Made by a program: the position numbers and the translations under genes
Origin: Candidatus Aenigmatarchaeota archaeon
GTDB taxonomy: Archaea > Aenigmatarchaeota > Aenigmatarchaeia > CG10238-14 > SpSt-28
DNA: 64,000 bases
Direction of reading: 5' to 3'
Assembly (NCBI GenBank): GCA_032249395.1
Contig: JAVVFY010000002.1
Location: 45,421 to 109,420, forward strand
In this document: positions 29,269-39,549 of the stretch, in pieces
Layout: every line of letters begins with the position of its first letter
How positions within the stretch are numbered: the stretch's first letter is position 1
Notes under the pieces: model-generated
The model's database searches: none
Told to the model about the DNA's origin: nothing
What the model saw: only the letters and a program-made list of their open reading frames with translations

Positions 29269-31433
29269 GCCTTAAGCCTCTCTTTAAACCATTTTAACCA
29301 CTTTTCGTATATAATTTTAGAATCGTAAGAGCCTGTTTCATCATAAACTTTACTAGAAATTAAATGGAATGCCTCATTAGCACTGACTACCCAATCTGCT
29401 TCTAATATTTCTGGCTTATTCAACTTCTCTGCAAAATCAACAATGGTTTTTTTAATCTTAGCCCTAAGAAGTATATTATCCCAAACCTTTTCCCAAGCAC
29501 CATGCCATTCTCTAATTCTTTTAGAGATTTCGTTCAAAACTTCTGACTCGCCATTTAACAAAACGTCAGTAGGCTTTAAAGCATCTTCTTTGGCTGAATA
29601 AGTCATTAGAGGAACGAAAGCTCCCTCTAACATAGGATCTTCTTTCCATTTCTTTCTAACCTCAACAACTTCTGTAACTCTTCTGAATCTTCTGAGTCCA
29701 TCAGGACTAGTTATTATGTTTGTTATTATAATTATGTCTAGGGCTTTAAAGCTCGTGGGAACCAAACCTAAATCATTAACTACTCTATCGTAAACGCCAT
29801 ACGCAGATTCGCCATGAATGGTGCCGGCAACCAAATTAGCTAAAGCTCCTATTCTCATAGCTTCGAATAAAACTGTAGATTCTTTGCTTCTAACTTCCCC
29901 AACTATAAGAGCTGAATCTCCTAATCTCAAGGCAGTTCTTAAAGCTTCTTCTGGAGCTAATTCCGTCTCTACATGAGTTATTACAGAACGGGATTTCAAA
30001 TGCAAAATATTGTAACCAAGCCTTCTGTAAATTTCTATTGGAATCTCTGGAGTATCTTCCAGGACTATAACTCTATACTTTCTCATAAGCTCTAAAATCA
30101 TCGAGGATAACAAACTAGTCTTACCTGAGCCTCTACCTCCAGCCACTAAAACTGCTCTTCCTCCATCTATAATAAAACTCATTAGACCTGCGAACAAAGG
30201 ATTGAAATACTTTACCTTAATGAACAAAGGGAAAGTCCAAGGGCTTTCTCTATGTCTTCTAAAAGCATACCCTAAACCCGCTGAAGATAAAGTTCTAGTA
30301 ACAGCTGTCACTCTCGCTCTACCAAAAGGCAAGGTTATTTCAGTGTCCAATACTGGATTAGATTCGTCTAAAGGCCTTCCAGAATAAAGTCTAAATCTAG
30401 TAGCCCAAGATTCTGCTTCCTCCTGAGTTACAATTAAATTTGTTTCGCATTCACCATAATCCGCATGATTAATGAAAACAGGAAACTTTCCTACTGGAGC
30501 ATTAATGTAAATATCTTGAATTCTTTCATCCGCCAAAAGTATTTCCAAAACACCGAAACCAACAGTATATCTAACTAGAATTTCTGCCAGTTCTTCCAAT
30601 TCCTTGGGAGATACAGTAATTTTTTTTCTTATCATAATCTCTTTTAACAAATTCCTAGCTCTCTCGAGGAATCCTCTCCTAATTAGTTCTAAATCTCTAC
30701 TTTCCCTTTCTGTTAAACCTCTTTCGATTAATAAAGACCTTGCTTCATTTAGCAAAGAGTATTTTTCCTCAGAAAGAAAAAATTCCTTAGATAAAACAAA
30801 GTAAAGTGGTCTAACCACATTAGGAACTTTAAATATATTAACCTCGCTACCGTCCTTCAAATAATATTTCTCTATAAGCTCTGAATTCTTAGGAGGAAAT
30901 AGGAAAAATCTGCTAAGCATAAATGTAGGCCTGATTACCGGAATGAAAACATGCCTATAGATATCTCTGGTTCCTGGAACATATTTATCTAGCTTCTCTC
31001 TAACCTCTTGAATTAATCTTGTTGATTCTAGCATAGACTTTAAAGGAATAAGAAATTCTCGAGAATATGGAGAATCTGGTTGCTTGAAAATATACATATT
31101 AGCTTTTACGTAACAAAAAATTGGATCGTAAAGAAGAGAATTTATCAATTCTCTAGTTATCGAATGATACTGCGGAAAAAAACTAAGGCTCAAAACTCCC
31201 TTTTCTTTTACAAAATAGCTGTAAATATTAACTATCTCTTTTAAAATTTTTACTTGATACTCCGGATATTCAATTTCTCTGTACTCAGATATCGTTATTC
31301 TCTCTACCTCTGGGAATTCCAATAATTTATTCATAATAAAGTTCATCATTTCTTTTGAATCTTCTATAGTTGTAAAAGACGTCCAATCTTTAGCATTAAC
31401 TCTAAGCTCGTTCGCTTTTACTTCAACTTCCAT
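29265..31433 (-). CDS. Type II/IV secretion (pilus assembly) ATPase, VirB11/TadA/ArlI family
   Basis: GGRGSGKTS, LEDTPE, ALRLG...VGEVR, GTIHG motifs; long N-terminal extension. Confidence 0.93.
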   Translation of the reverse strand: MEVEVKANELRVNAKDWTSFTTIEDSKEMMNFIMNKLLEFPEVERITISEYREIEYPEYQVKILKEIVNIYSYFVKEKGVLSLSFFPQYHSITRELINSLLYDPIFCYVKANMYIFKQPDSPYSREFLIPLKSMLESTRLIQEVREKLDKYVPGTRDIYRHVFIPVIRPTFMLSRFFLFPPKNSELIEKYYLKDGSEVNIFKVPNVVRPLYFVLSKEFFLSEEKYSLLNEARSLLIERGLTERESRDLELIRRGFLERARNLLKEIMIRKKITVSPKELEELAEILVRYTVGFGVLEILLADERIQDIYINAPVGKFPVFINHADYGECETNLIVTQEEAESWATRFRLYSGRPLDESNPVLDTEITLPFGRARVTAVTRTLSSAGLGYAFRRHRESPWTFPLFIKVKYFNPLFAGLMSFIIDGGRAVLVAGGRGSGKTSLLSSMILELMRKYRVIVLEDTPEIPIEIYRRLGYNILHLKSRSVITHVETELAPEEALRTALRLGDSALIVGEVRSKESTVLFEAMRIGALANLVAGTIHGESAYGVYDRVVNDLGLVPTSFKALDIIIITNIITSPDGLRRFRRVTEVVEVRKKWKEDPMLEGAFVPLMTYSAKEDALKPTDVLLNGESEVLNEISKRIREWHGAWEKVWDNILLRAKIKKTIVDFAEKLNKPEILEADWVVSANEAFHLISSKVYDETGSYDSKIIYEKWLKWFKERLKA

Positions 31434-31463
31434 ATATTTATTTGTCTACATTAAAATTATCCT

Positions 31464-31853
31464 ATGGCGGAAAAAACTCAAACTTTTCCTCTCGAAATAA
31501 ACGAACTTAACAGAAGAATAAGAATGGTAGAAATAAAAACCAACATGCTTGAAGAAAGAATATCTTCTATAGAAAAACTTATTCAACAACTAAGAGATGA
31601 CATTAAAATAATAAAGGATTTAGAAGAAAAAAAGATCTCCGATATTAAAAACGAAATATCGTCAATAATAGAAAGTATAAAAGCTATTGATAAAAAGACT
31701 GACCAGTTCGCAACAAAAGTTGAACTACAAAAAATAAAAATTCTACTAGAAGTTTTTAACCCCCTAACTTCAAACTTTGTTTTAAAGGAAGAGCTAGAAT
31801 CTAAATTAGAAGAGTTGAAGAAAAGTATTTTAAAACAAGAAAACAAAATATAA
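31464..31853 (+). CDS. Coiled-coil protein, divergent from the pilus ATPase
   Basis: Heptad-rich, charged helical sequence. Confidence 0.65.
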   Translation: MAEKTQTFPLEINELNRRIRMVEIKTNMLEERISSIEKLIQQLRDDIKIIKDLEEKKISDIKNEISSIIESIKAIDKKTDQFATKVELQKIKILLEVFNPLTSNFVLKEELESKLEELKKSILKQENKI

Positions 31854-32486
31854 TTGGTGCTTATGCCACTCCAAATTTTTAAAAAACAACCTAAGACGCC
31901 TCCTGTGGAGAGAGTAAAAGAATTATCCTCCCATGGCTTTTCAGAACCAGAAATAATCGACGTATTAAGAAGAGAGGGGTACAGCCCACAAGAAATAGAT
32001 ATAGCTTTAACACAAGCTTTAAAAGAAAAGTTGATGTCATCAAGCCAAGAAGCTAAAGAAGAAAAAACAGAAAAGATACCAAGCTTTGAAGAAGTAGTTA
32101 AAAAAATTCAACAAGAGCAACCAGAACAAATGCAGACTCTCCAACCCCAACCACAATATCCACAATATTCTTGGGAAGATTACTTTAATTACATAGATTA
32201 CCTAATTCATTCGAGAGTTAGCGAAATAGCAAAAGAGGTAGAAAAGATAAACCTAAAATCTCAAAATTTAGAGAATAGAATAGAAGAAATAATAAGAGAT
32301 TTTAAAGAAGCAACAAAAAGTAGAGAAGAGCATTACGATAAAATTTTGAAAAAAATAGAGGAGTTGAATTCGTCTATAAACGAATTATCAAAGAGAATTA
32401 ATGCTCTAGAGGAAATATTCAAAGAAATATTACCAGCTTTAATAGATTCCGTGAGATCTCTCTCTAGATTAGTAAAAGAAAAATGA
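31854..32486 (+). CDS. Protein with small helical N-domain, Q/P linker and coiled coil
   Basis: GFSEPEIIDVLRREGYSPQEID domain, QPQPQYPQ linker, heptad repeats. Confidence 0.65.
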   Translation: MVLMPLQIFKKQPKTPPVERVKELSSHGFSEPEIIDVLRREGYSPQEIDIALTQALKEKLMSSSQEAKEEKTEKIPSFEEVVKKIQQEQPEQMQTLQPQPQYPQYSWEDYFNYIDYLIHSRVSEIAKEVEKINLKSQNLENRIEEIIRDFKEATKSREEHYDKILKKIEELNSSINELSKRINALEEIFKEILPALIDSVRSLSRLVKEK

Positions 32487-32512
32487 TTTAAGTATAAAAC
32501 ACTAAACTAGTT

Positions 32513-33052
32513 ATGAGCAATTTGTATAGCTTAATAGTTAATAGGTTGTCTGAAGTTGGATTCTTCAATTTGCTAACATTTTTTCTTGCTTTGACCTTAA
32601 TTTATGCCTTACTAAGACAAAAAAGAATATTAGGAGATAATGTAATTTTAAACGCCTTAATTGCTTTTTCAATTGCCTTTTTCATATTCGCATACCCAAT
32701 AATAACTGGAGTCAGCCTTGTAGTTCCTTTAGCAACTTTTTTTTCTCAAGCTTTTGCAATATTGCTTATATTATTCGTAGGCTTCTTGATTGCTAGTTTA
32801 TTGTACCCTAATTTACCAAAAACGCTCGAGCAAGTGTTCACGGGTGGCGAAGCACTTTACGTACTTATAGGCGTTTCTATTGCCCTTTTTGTTAGTAGCG
32901 GCTTAGTTGGAGTATTTTACAGTTATATTGTACCTTCTTCTCAACCAACAGGACCGTCTGCACCGCCTGAGGTTATTCTACTAGTAGTTGGTTTGATAAT
33001 AGTTATTGTAGTCCTTCTTCTCGCCGAAAGAGTAGCAGGTGGTGGGAAATGA
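32513..33052 (+). CDS. Membrane protein (shared module)
   Basis: GFFNLLTFFLALTLIYALLRQKRILGDNVILNALIAFSIAF; about five TM helices. Confidence 0.7.
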   Translation: MSNLYSLIVNRLSEVGFFNLLTFFLALTLIYALLRQKRILGDNVILNALIAFSIAFFIFAYPIITGVSLVVPLATFFSQAFAILLILFVGFLIASLLYPNLPKTLEQVFTGGEALYVLIGVSIALFVSSGLVGVFYSYIVPSSQPTGPSAPPEVILLVVGLIIVIVVLLLAERVAGGGK

Positions 33053-33606
33053 CTAGCGCAATAGAAACTCTATTAATAAACTTAGAAAAAATGGGCTTTT
33101 TTGCATTTTTACCATTCTTATTAACAGCAGCTGTATTTTATGGGTTGTTAAGAAGGTCTAAACTTTTTGGAGACCCTGAAAAAAACTTAGGAGTAAACGC
33201 AACTGTATCTTTAGTTGCAGCGTTTATGGTGTGGGGATATCCCATAATAACTGGCACTAGCATCCAAGAATATCAACAATTCTTTTCCTCATTCTTTCTT
33301 AAAGGAACTATAGCAACATTAACAGTAATAGTAGGGTTATTAATCGTTGGAATGTTCCTCCCAGAGGAGGGAATAACAAAAACAATAGGAGAAAAACTTG
33401 GAGGAAAGTTCGGTATAGGAATAATAGTTTTAGGAGTGTTGATTGGTGTTGCTGTGCTTCTCTCGAGTAGGGTCTCTTACTTATTTGGAGACGTTTTGGA
33501 AAGTGTAGATATGGAAACTGTGTACTCTTTGCTTTTCATAATAACTTTCATTGGAATAATAGGATTTGTAGTATGGATAACAAGCAAAGAATCAAAGAGA
33601 CCATAG
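33049..33606 (+). CDS. Membrane protein (shared module, paralogue of the previous gene)
   Basis: GFFAFLPFLLTAAVFYGLLRRSKLFG...NATVSLVAAF..GYPIITG. Confidence 0.7.
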   Translation: MTSAIETLLINLEKMGFFAFLPFLLTAAVFYGLLRRSKLFGDPEKNLGVNATVSLVAAFMVWGYPIITGTSIQEYQQFFSSFFLKGTIATLTVIVGLLIVGMFLPEEGITKTIGEKLGGKFGIGIIVLGVLIGVAVLLSSRVSYLFGDVLESVDMETVYSLLFIITFIGIIGFVVWITSKESKRP

Positions 33607-34332
33607 CTCTAAAATTTCTTTTTCTGTAAAATGAAGCTTACCAGGAACTACTATAATTGCTGGCAAATCGAATTTAAAGTCTTTAAGATAGAACGCCTCT
33701 TTCCAAACAATTTTTTTATTATTAGATCCTATACAAGAAGCAACGACAATTTTCTCCTCTCTATCAATAATTCCGTTTTCTATCAAAAAATTAATCGCAT
33801 CATTAACCTCTAAAAATTTCCTATTCTCTAAATCAAAATCCAAAAAACATAAAGTATGCAGACCTCTACTCTTATTGTCCTTTATAACATTAATTACTGA
33901 TTCTATATTTCCTTTAACCCTATCTTTAAGAGGAATGGTAACCGAAGGTCCAAACTTATATGAATGCAAACCGCTTTCACAAACAGCAGAAATAATAGAG
34001 GAATTATGAATTATCTTAACTTCAATCTTTCTTTTTAAACATTCCAAAAGAAGAGAAGAATGAGTGGTGGCAACCAATGGATCTCCTGGAACAAAAATTA
34101 GCACTTTTTTTCTACTTGCAAGCTCTAAAATTTTTTCACTTTCCTCTTCTAAATCCTTTCTTTTTAATATTTCTATTTTGCTTCCAATTATATTTTCTAA
34201 CCTTTCAATGCTACCTTTCCAAATATTCGTATAAAACTCGGCAAAAATATAGTCTGAAGTTTTGGCTTCTTTTATTTCTTCTAGAGTTATACTATTTTCG
34301 TCGGAAAGTCCTAAGCCAGCAAGCACTAGCAT
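33592..34332 (-). CDS. dph5: Diphthine synthase
   Basis: GLGL, EFYT, GDPLVATTH, GLHSYKFG, GLHTLC.LD, PGKLHF.E. Confidence 0.95.
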   Translation of the reverse strand: MLVLAGLGLSDENSITLEEIKEAKTSDYIFAEFYTNIWKGSIERLENIIGSKIEILKRKDLEEESEKILELASRKKVLIFVPGDPLVATTHSSLLLECLKRKIEVKIIHNSSIISAVCESGLHSYKFGPSVTIPLKDRVKGNIESVINVIKDNKSRGLHTLCFLDFDLENRKFLEVNDAINFLIENGIIDREEKIVVASCIGSNNKKIVWKEAFYLKDFKFDLPAIIVVPGKLHFTEKEILELWSL

Positions 34333-34358
34333 AAATTTAAAAAGAAAGCTATATTAAA

Positions 34359-35213
34359 ATGGGTAAACTTAAAAATGATGTAGAAATTTTCACCGAAATA
34401 GAAAAGTTTAAAAACGAAAGACCAAGCAGTTTTGATATTATTGGACATATAGCAATAGTTGAAATACCAAAGAAACTAAAAAGAAGGAAGAGGCACGTCG
34501 CAAAAATAATAATGAGTTTGAATAAAAACGTGAAAACTGTATTAGAGAAAGTTGGTGAAAGAGAAGGTATTTTTAGAACTAGAAAGTTAAAATTCATAGC
34601 TGGAGAAAAAAACTTTGAAACCTATCACAAAGAATACGGCTGCATTTTTAAATTAGATCCAACAAAAGTTTATTTTTCTCCTCGAGAGCTGACGGAAAGA
34701 CAAAGAATAGCATCACAAATAAAAGAAAATGAAACTGTTATGGTAATGTTTGCTGGTGTAGCACCATATGCAATTCAAATTGCAAAAAAACAGCCTAAAG
34801 TAAAAGAAGTTATAGCAATAGAAATAAATCCAATAGCGGTAAAATATGCAAGAGAAAACGTTATCCTAAACAAAGTTCAAGACAAGGTAAAAGTTATAGA
34901 AGGAGATGTTAAAGAAAAAAGCAAAGATTTCTATGGAAAATGTGATAGAGTCGTTATGCCATTACCTCTAAAAGGAGAGGATTTCTTAGATATCGCTATT
35001 AATTGTTTAAAAGAAGAAGGATATATTCATTTTTATAATTTAGGTTGTGAACCAAATATATTCGAAAATGCCGAAAAAATAGTAAAAGAAAGATTTAAAA
35101 ACACTAAAGTTGAATACAAGATTATAAGCAAACAAAAAGTTTTACCATATGCTCCAAGAAAGTGGAAAGTGTGCTTGGATATATATGTAAATAAATCGGG
35201 TGAGAAAAATTAG
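34359..35213 (+). CDS. trm5: tRNA (guanine-37) methyltransferase, Trm5/Taw2 family
   Basis: SFDIIGHIA, HKEYGC.F.LD..KVYFSPR..ER, MFAGV, EINP, DRVVMP. Confidence 0.85.
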   Translation: MGKLKNDVEIFTEIEKFKNERPSSFDIIGHIAIVEIPKKLKRRKRHVAKIIMSLNKNVKTVLEKVGEREGIFRTRKLKFIAGEKNFETYHKEYGCIFKLDPTKVYFSPRELTERQRIASQIKENETVMVMFAGVAPYAIQIAKKQPKVKEVIAIEINPIAVKYARENVILNKVQDKVKVIEGDVKEKSKDFYGKCDRVVMPLPLKGEDFLDIAINCLKEEGYIHFYNLGCEPNIFENAEKIVKERFKNTKVEYKIISKQKVLPYAPRKWKVCLDIYVNKSGEKN

Positions 35214-36357
35214 AGTTAATTTGTTTGAAATGCTTCTAATGATAATTTTCTTTTCTCTTATAGCTTTTAGACTATTAAGAAAAAGAAAAGAAATAAAAGT
35301 AGAGAAAATATTAATCTTTGAATATTCAAAGGAGTACACAGAAAAAATTAATGAAATCGCATCAAAACACCAAAAATTAATGAAATTTGCTGGCCTTCTC
35401 TCCCTAATTTCAGCACCAATACTAACTTTTGTTGGAGTCTACTATTTGATAAACTCTTTAATTTATTCAAAAATGTCTGTAGCTCTAGTTTTGCCAACAG
35501 TTTCAGAATTCAAATATCCAGGTCCTGTAATATCTGTTCCTTTTTGGATTTGGATCGTAGCAATATTTTTAATAATTTTTTCTCATGAATCGATGCATGC
35601 TTTAATAGCTTCAACCGAAGGAGTAAAAACCAGGAGATACGGAATCATTTACTTATTAATAGTTCCTATAGGAGCTTTTGTAGATTTGTCTGAGAAGAAA
35701 CTAGAGAAACTTGAACCAAAAAAGAAAATTAAAATCTTTGCTGCAGGTAGTTTTGGTAACCTTATATTATTTTTAGTTTTTACAATTCTGCTATTTTTAA
35801 TAATTCAGCTTACCAATATAACATTTGAATCTAAAGGAGTTTGGTTTAACAACACTATACCAGAATCTCCAGCAGAGAAGGTAGGACTGAAAGGGATAAT
35901 AACCCAAATAAACAACAAAACAATAAACAATATATATGATTTGCAGGACTTCTTAAAAAACACAAAACCGTATTCAACAGTTACAATAAAAACAACAGAG
36001 GGAATTTTCAATATAACTTTAGCCGAAAAGGATAATGCGAGTTATATTGGTATAATGGATGTAAGAAATTATATAGTTTACAAAAACACAAATACCCCAG
36101 CTAATGAAAACTTACTCAAACTATTTGCCTATTTAATATTGGTAGTACAATGGGTATCATTCTTAAGCTTGGGAATAGCAGTAGCAAACATGCTACCAAT
36201 AATACCACTTGATGGAGGACTAATAACTAAAGAAATACTGAAGAATATTTTTGGAAAAAAAGGAGAATTAGCATCTAAATTTATCTCAGCGTTATTTATT
36301 GTGGTTGTTGTGTATTCGCTTCTTTCACCTTCACTAACTCCTCGAGCGGTGTCTTAA
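35200..36357 (+). CDS. Site-2 protease (M50) with PDZ domain
   Basis: HESMH, GAFV, AAGSFGN, NMLPIIPLDGG. Confidence 0.93.
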   Translation: MRKIRVNLFEMLLMIIFFSLIAFRLLRKRKEIKVEKILIFEYSKEYTEKINEIASKHQKLMKFAGLLSLISAPILTFVGVYYLINSLIYSKMSVALVLPTVSEFKYPGPVISVPFWIWIVAIFLIIFSHESMHALIASTEGVKTRRYGIIYLLIVPIGAFVDLSEKKLEKLEPKKKIKIFAAGSFGNLILFLVFTILLFLIIQLTNITFESKGVWFNNTIPESPAEKVGLKGIITQINNKTINNIYDLQDFLKNTKPYSTVTIKTTEGIFNITLAEKDNASYIGIMDVRNYIVYKNTNTPANENLLKLFAYLILVVQWVSFLSLGIAVANMLPIIPLDGGLITKEILKNIFGKKGELASKFISALFIVVVVYSLLSPSLTPRAVS

Positions 36358-36898
36358 CTTCAATTTTCCTAAACTCAAAATGTTTTACAGGATATATTTT
36401 ATTAAGAGAAGAAATTATAGAGTTCTTAAAATCATCAGATAAAACCTTCAAAATAAAATTATCCATAGTTGAATCTTTTACTTCTTTATTTAAAATTTCA
36501 TCTATTTTCTTTCTTATCTTTTTCCTAATTCCTCTAGGCACTTTTCTTGTTACACATATCGTTTTTATTCTTAAAACGATACCATCTTTTGTAACTTTAT
36601 CCACAACTAAATCTGTTCTATCAACTTTTCTTCTAATCATTCTAGCAATGTAATCTCTTGTGCATTCCAACCCATCAAAATAAAGATATGCATATTCGTT
36701 ATCTACTTTGCCAACCTTGAAAATGAATTTAAGATAATATTTATTAAAATCTCCCAAAACGTCTATTGCGCTAATAATAACTCTTCTACCTTTTGCCGCT
36801 TCTGGTTCATTAGCAGGAATTTCTCCTACTTCTTTTCTACCTAAAAATTCCGGAGTTATCAACTTCAACCAAACTTTTGTTTTTTTACTCTTTGGCAT
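36296..36898 (-). CDS. rps3ae: 30S ribosomal protein eS1 (S3Ae)
   Basis: W..LITPEF, TRDYIARMIRR, KIYPVK.FEFRK. Confidence 0.92.
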   Translation of the reverse strand: MPKSKKTKVWLKLITPEFLGRKEVGEIPANEPEAAKGRRVIISAIDVLGDFNKYYLKFIFKVGKVDNEYAYLYFDGLECTRDYIARMIRRKVDRTDLVVDKVTKDGIVLRIKTICVTRKVPRGIRKKIRKKIDEILNKEVKDSTMDNFILKVLSDDFKNSIISSLNKIYPVKHFEFRKIEVKTPLEELVKVKEANTQQPQ

Positions 36899-38252
36899 TA
36901 TTCACACCTATTAATTTATTTACTTTCTCTATAAATTCATTTTCTTTGCCAACAGGAATATAAGCTCCTGCTGCATCCTTATGTCCTCCCGCTTCTCCAC
37001 CCAAATCTTTAGCAACATTAACTAAAATGTCTCTCAAATTTATATCATCTCCATTTTGTTTTCTTGCAGATATCTTTATCATGTTTGTCATATTATCATA
37101 TGCTAAACCAAATACAGGTTTATTAGGTTTCTTCGAACTTAGAATAATTGATGTTATAACACCTATAAGATAATCTGGTATTTCTCTTCCTCCTATTATG
37201 AAAATTCCATTATCTTTTTCTATTATTCTTCCATTCTCTATAAGAGAAATCGACTCTGCTATTTTCTTTCTATATTCTTCAACCTTCTCAATAGCTTTAG
37301 GATATACCGAATAATCCCCAAGACATAACCTAATTGCTAAATCGCTTTCGCCCATCCTACTACAAGCATTTATAACAACAGAAAATTCTCTGGAATCGTT
37401 AAGAAATTCAGGTCTCTTAGAAAGTGTAAAAACCTCGCAAAATAATTCATAAAAATCTATAAGGCCTCTCCTTTCCCTTATTATACCATCTGCTATTCTT
37501 GCCTTCTCCTCGTCCGTTAAATCACTAAAAGTTCTCCATGTTTCTCCTTTCTTAACACTTATACCAAGATCTTGCAAGAACTGTATGGCGGCAGCTTCAT
37601 TACCATAAATAGAAGGTATCAGCGGGTCAAAGCTGTATGCTATTGTTTTGAACAGAGGTCTGTTTGAACCAAAAAGCTTTAAATCTTTATTAACGCTTAT
37701 AAAACCTAGCTCTTTGGCTATTTCCAAAACTTCGTTGAGAGCACCTGCTTTTATTCCTTCCTCCCTTCTATCACCGACGGCCCCAACTATAGCAATATCT
37801 ATTTGATCTATGTTTTTTGGATTTATAAACCTAACAAACATTAAAGATATCAAAGACGTGGAATATTTTTCTGGATCTTCTCCAAATAATAAAGGATTAA
37901 TGTGAAAAAGATTAGGATGTTCATATTTTATTGGTTCGTGGTGGTCTATTATTAAAACGTTTGCCTTTTCTATGATGTCTTTAAGTAAATCTATTTGACC
38001 ACTCCCCATATCTAAAAATATCAAAAAATCGTCTTCTCTATATACAATTTCTTTTACACTTTTTGAATTCAGTTGTTTAAGTATTTTCAGCTCAAAATTA
38101 CAACCCTCTCTTATCAAAAACTTAGCGATTATTGAAGCTGATGTGATACCATCTGCATCATACTGAGCATATATCCTAACGTGTTTCTTTCTGACAAGTT
38201 CTTTAGAAATTTTCGCCACTCTTTCAATCTCCTTTAAAAACAAGCTGATCAC
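36885..38252 (-). CDS. RecJ/GAN (Cdc45-like) DHH protein
   Basis: DADG, DMGSG, IDHH, GGHKDAAG; conserved position between uS15 and eS1. Confidence 0.88.
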   Translation of the reverse strand: MISLFLKEIERVAKISKELVRKKHVRIYAQYDADGITSASIIAKFLIREGCNFELKILKQLNSKSVKEIVYREDDFLIFLDMGSGQIDLLKDIIEKANVLIIDHHEPIKYEHPNLFHINPLLFGEDPEKYSTSLISLMFVRFINPKNIDQIDIAIVGAVGDRREEGIKAGALNEVLEIAKELGFISVNKDLKLFGSNRPLFKTIAYSFDPLIPSIYGNEAAAIQFLQDLGISVKKGETWRTFSDLTDEEKARIADGIIRERRGLIDFYELFCEVFTLSKRPEFLNDSREFSVVINACSRMGESDLAIRLCLGDYSVYPKAIEKVEEYRKKIAESISLIENGRIIEKDNGIFIIGGREIPDYLIGVITSIILSSKKPNKPVFGLAYDNMTNMIKISARKQNGDDINLRDILVNVAKDLGGEAGGHKDAAGAYIPVGKENEFIEKVNKLIGVNNAKE

Positions 38253-38707
38253 TTCTGTATTATCAACCTTGCTTTCTCTATTTCGAATTCGAAATCTTGA
38301 GGTAACATTTTCTTTCTCTTGTAGTATTTTATTAGTCTTCTTATCTTAGAAACAAGGTTTTCGAAACCTTTTTTAGATGCCTTATCTTTCTTATGTTTTA
38401 ATAGATGTTCATGTAAATTAACAGCCTTTCTAAACAAGTTTAACAATTCCTCAGGATATTGTGGATAGAGGTTGTTTTCTTTCATTATTTGGGTTATAGA
38501 TTTTCCAACAATAGTCTTAACATCAGGAACACCATATTGATCTCTCAAAATTGTTCCTATCATTGCAGAAGAATATCCTTTCTTAGCAAGTTCTATAACA
38601 AGTTTTTCAACTTCTTCTTTCTTCATTTCAAACCATCTAGGCACTATTCTTATTGGTGGTTTGTGGCTTCTAGATTTTCCTTTTTTTCTCGAATACATTC
38701 TTGCCAT
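38249..38707 (-). CDS. rps15: 30S ribosomal protein uS15
   Basis: MARMYSRKKGKS...IGTILRDQYGVPDV...SKIRRL..YY. Confidence 0.97.
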   Translation of the reverse strand: MARMYSRKKGKSRSHKPPIRIVPRWFEMKKEEVEKLVIELAKKGYSSAMIGTILRDQYGVPDVKTIVGKSITQIMKENNLYPQYPEELLNLFRKAVNLHEHLLKHKKDKASKKGFENLVSKIRRLIKYYKRKKMLPQDFEFEIEKARLIIQK

Positions 38708-38709
38708 TT

Positions 38710-38961
38710 TTACACCTCTCTAATTACCCATATTAATACGAGAGAAATTATTGAAATAAAAATAAAGAAACTAGAAAGCATTATCCCAACAACGGGCCAA
38801 CCTTTTGGAACTACGCTGGCCAATCCTATAAATAAAGAAAGTAATATACTGCAAGCGAGCAACAAGATTATGAAAAAATTCTCTACTATCTCGAGCTTGT
38901 CCTCTCCCTTAATCTTTAATAACTCTCTCAGCATATCTTGCGCGTTTCTCAATTTCATCAA
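38710..38961 (-). CDS. Small two-TM membrane protein (start uncertain)
   Basis: Two hydrophobic helices; fills the gap between bud32 and rps15. Confidence 0.55.
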   Translation of the reverse strand: MMKLRNAQDMLRELLKIKGEDKLEIVENFFIILLLACSILLSLFIGLASVVPKGWPVVGIMLSSFFIFISIISLVLIWVIREV

Positions 38962-39544
38962 CCCTTTTTAATACTTTCTCCCATTCTTCAAAAGTTTTTC
39001 TATAACCTATTACAATATTTTGCCAACATAAGTTTAAAAGTTTAGGGTGAGTTGCTCTAATTGCCTCCTTAAACAAGTTTAGATCAGTTCCCTTATCTTC
39101 TATTCTTTTTGAGAAATAACCCAAACCAAAATCTATGAAATAAATTTTATCATCTTTTACAAGAATATTGCTGGTTGTTAGATCTCCATGTATTATGTCA
39201 GCAGAATGCATTTTACCAACAAATTTACCAACTTCAATAAAAATTTTTTCTATATTTTCTTCACTCCACTCATCTAAAACATCTTTTAATCTTTTTCCAT
39301 CTATAAACTCCATTATTATTCTACAATTCTCTTCGTCTACATGAAATATTTGAGGTGTGTTAACTCCGACTTTTCTGGCTTCTCTCATTAAATTTGCTTC
39401 TCTTCTTGTTCTTTCGACTCTAAGCTTTTTATCCAAAACTTCTAATCTATAGCTCTTCTTTATTCTCTCCTTAACAAGAACTTTCATTCCCTCAAAATAG
39501 TCTATATAAAGTATGGCCTCTGCTCCTCTTTTTATTATTTCCAT
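38909..39544 (-). CDS. bud32: KEOPS kinase Bud32
   Basis: RGAEA, KER..K.YR, HGDLTTSN, IDFGL. Confidence 0.95.
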   Translation of the reverse strand: MEIIKRGAEAILYIDYFEGMKVLVKERIKKSYRLEVLDKKLRVERTRREANLMREARKVGVNTPQIFHVDEENCRIIMEFIDGKRLKDVLDEWSEENIEKIFIEVGKFVGKMHSADIIHGDLTTSNILVKDDKIYFIDFGLGYFSKRIEDKGTDLNLFKEAIRATHPKLLNLCWQNIVIGYRKTFEEWEKVLKRVDEIEKRARYAERVIKD

Positions 39545-39549
39545 TTTAT

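Noticed and set aside
27373..31433. Archaellum operon
   Set aside because: No recognisable ArlB archaellins, ArlH or ArlF/G; the pilin-like genes are heterogeneous.
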